26,961 nucleotides of DNA. Origin: a virus (taxonomy: Duplodnaviria; Caudoviricetes). The notes beneath the pieces were generated by a model that ran no database searches, had not been told where the DNA came from, and saw nothing but the letters and a program-made list of their open reading frames with translations. This document shows, piece after piece, positions 25,504 to 26,961 of this stretch (position 1 is its first letter; each line of letters opens with the position of its first letter). The stretch spans positions 1-26,961 of the IMG/VR virus record IMGVR_UViG_3300031941_000025; one strand, given 5' to 3'. The translations under genes and the position numbers were made by a program.

Positions 25504-26961
25504 ATGGCTATCCTTTCGAATGGCTCCCATTCAGTTTCGACTGGGTCCTTATGCGGGAATTCCCCACCGGCCCAAGCGTTGGCCGCGAGTGGCCCGCCGA
25601 AGGTCAAGGCCAGGGCATCGAGATCATCGAGGATCAGGCCGGGATTGTCGTCCATTAAATCCTCCTTCGGGGTTAGGAGAATCTTCTCCTTTAGGTGCGT
25701 GTAGCGAACGGCCAGCATGGCCTTCTTAAGGTCCGGGTCTTCCGGAATGGCGCCGGTTTTTAGCCAAGACCTTAGCGCTCCATACATCGCCGCGCGCTTG
25801 TTGTAGTATTGTTCGCCGACTGTGTCGAAGAGGATTCCTGTAACATCATCCTTGCCAGAGAAGTTAACCTCATGGACAACGAGACGCTTCTCCCGGCATT
25901 GATCGACCACACCTCCGCCCACTCCGCCGCCATCGATGAAGATTCCATCTGGCCTCCATGCCAGCCATGATTCGAAGACACGATTGGCAAGCTCAGAGGT
26001 GGACACGCCGGAATAAGACTTACGTTCGATAGTTCTAGCATCGCGGCCCTTTCGAGGATAGATGACTGAGCTGTTGGTGCCGTAGCGAGCCACGTCAACG
26101 CCAATAGCGAGTGGGGTGGATCGGTCGGTGTAAGGTAGGTCGCGGGACATGGCCAGTTCGATGTCTTCCAGCGCGAAGAACTCCATCTCGCCGCGGCGTG
26201 GGAATTGGCCGAGGACACGAATCCTGACGAAGTCGGAATCCTCGCCATAGGCGCGAATCCACTTCTCAAACCGGGATTTGTTGGTGATCTTAACGGATCG
26301 GGAATCGATCTGGGTGCAGTCCCAGAAGTCAGAGTGGATTCCGCCGGGGAAGCATTCGCGGAATCGGCCGAGGTTCCGGGTCGGGTTGCCGAATACTAAC
26401 CAGATGATCTGGGTGTCAGAATCGGTCAACGCGCCTTCGGCCGTTTCCCAGATGATATCGTGGATTTCCGACGCCTCGTCGAAGATTAGAAGAATCCGCT
26501 TGCCTTGGTTATGTAACCCGGCGAATGCGGTTGGGTTCTTCTCCGACCAAGCGATAGCATCGATCCGCCAAGTCCGCTCTCGGTCGGGGTCTTTGGCGAA
26601 TAGCGCTGTAGCGGTGAGGGTGAAATGCGCGCGGGAGAACCAGCAGAGATTGAACCACTTCCCAAGCTCGGCCCAAGTCTTGGTCTTCAGCTGTGATTCG
26701 GTGTTGGCGGTAATAGTCCCGCGCATGTCGGGGAAGGTAGTAAAGGCCCAGAGAATGATCCAAGCGACGGTGGCGGACTTCCCAATCCCATGGCCACTGG
26801 CCGTCGCGATCTGAATGGCCTCGTTTATGTTAACCAGTCTGGCCTTTATCTTCCGCATAAGGACCCGGGACCATTCATCCGGGCCGGAGAAGTTCTCTAA
26901 AACAGTGCCAGGCTCTCCCCATGGAAACGCTCCCATGGTGAATGCCTCAGGGTCATCGGCT
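25500..26961 (-). CDS. terL: Terminase large subunit, 5'-truncated by window edge
   Basis: Frame is open to the window end (ADDPEAFTMGAFPWGE); Walker A SGHGIGKS, Walker B LLIFDEAS, GNPT, nuclease IGVDVARYG, IDGGGVGGGVVD, DALALTF. Confidence 0.95.
   Translation of the reverse strand, partial: ADDPEAFTMGAFPWGEPGTVLENFSGPDEWSRVLMRKIKARLVNINEAIQIATASGHGIGKSATVAWIILWAFTTFPDMRGTITANTESQLKTKTWAELGKWFNLCWFSRAHFTLTATALFAKDPDRERTWRIDAIAWSEKNPTAFAGLHNQGKRILLIFDEASEIHDIIWETAEGALTDSDTQIIWLVFGNPTRNLGRFRECFPGGIHSDFWDCTQIDSRSVKITNKSRFEKWIRAYGEDSDFVRIRVLGQFPRRGEMEFFALEDIELAMSRDLPYTDRSTPLAIGVDVARYGTNSSVIYPRKGRDARTIERKSYSGVSTSELANRVFESWLAWRPDGIFIDGGGVGGGVVDQCREKRLVVHEVNFSGKDDVTGILFDTVGEQYYNKRAAMYGALRSWLKTGAIPEDPDLKKAMLAVRYTHLKEKILLTPKEDLMDDNPGLILDDLDALALTFGGPLAANAWAGGEFPHKDPVETEWEPFERIAI

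Larger units (their letters stand above)
1..26961 (-). mobile_element. Podovirus-type phage/prophage packaging and morphogenesis module
   Basis: Complete terL-portal-scaffold-capsid-cement-tail A/B-ejection protein synteny on one strand. No host genes, integrase or att site are in the window, so prophage versus free phage cannot be decided. Confidence 0.95.

Noticed and set aside
220-26814. Numerous plus-strand ORFs (e.g. 5653..6390, 10064..10861, 13420..14406) and alternate-frame minus ORFs
   Set aside because: They are shadows of a fully tiled, coupled minus-strand operon in GC-rich DNA and show no recognisable motifs.
1-26961. CRISPR array, tRNA, IS element, alternative genetic code
   Set aside because: No spaced repeats and almost no non-coding space. 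TAA, TGA and TAG all serve as stops at coupled gene junctions, and the core genes are uninterrupted.

Overview
A 27-kb, ~60% GC segment of a podovirus-type tailed phage or prophage with a BPP-1/epsilon15-like gene order. The host is probably alphaproteobacterial, but that is inference only. All real genes are on the minus strand in one tightly coupled late operon. In transcription order: terminase large subunit (5'-truncated), KTLLG protein, hypothetical, portal, Bbp19-like, scaffold, major capsid protein, Bbp16-like cement, a 7-kb block of five fibre/spike/decoration-like genes, six to seven small genes, tail tubular proteins A and B, a gp13-like protein and three internal (ejection) proteins. 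The last ejection protein is a >1,290-aa ORF absent from the ORF track because it runs off the left edge. By manual translation it carries a GNAT-like domain and an HExxH zincin domain, as in polyvalent proteins. The most striking feature is that all five consecutive fibre/spike genes after the cement gene (13375-20320) begin with export signal peptides: four Sec-type and one twin-arginine (Tat) type. The four Sec-type mature proteins have even, locally paired cysteine counts. This suggests phage receptor-binding or decoration proteins that mature in the periplasm, outside the compartment where the virion assembles. Two small neighbouring proteins also share a C-terminal G[ST]QGKH motif. All family assignments come from motif recognition by eye; no searches were run.
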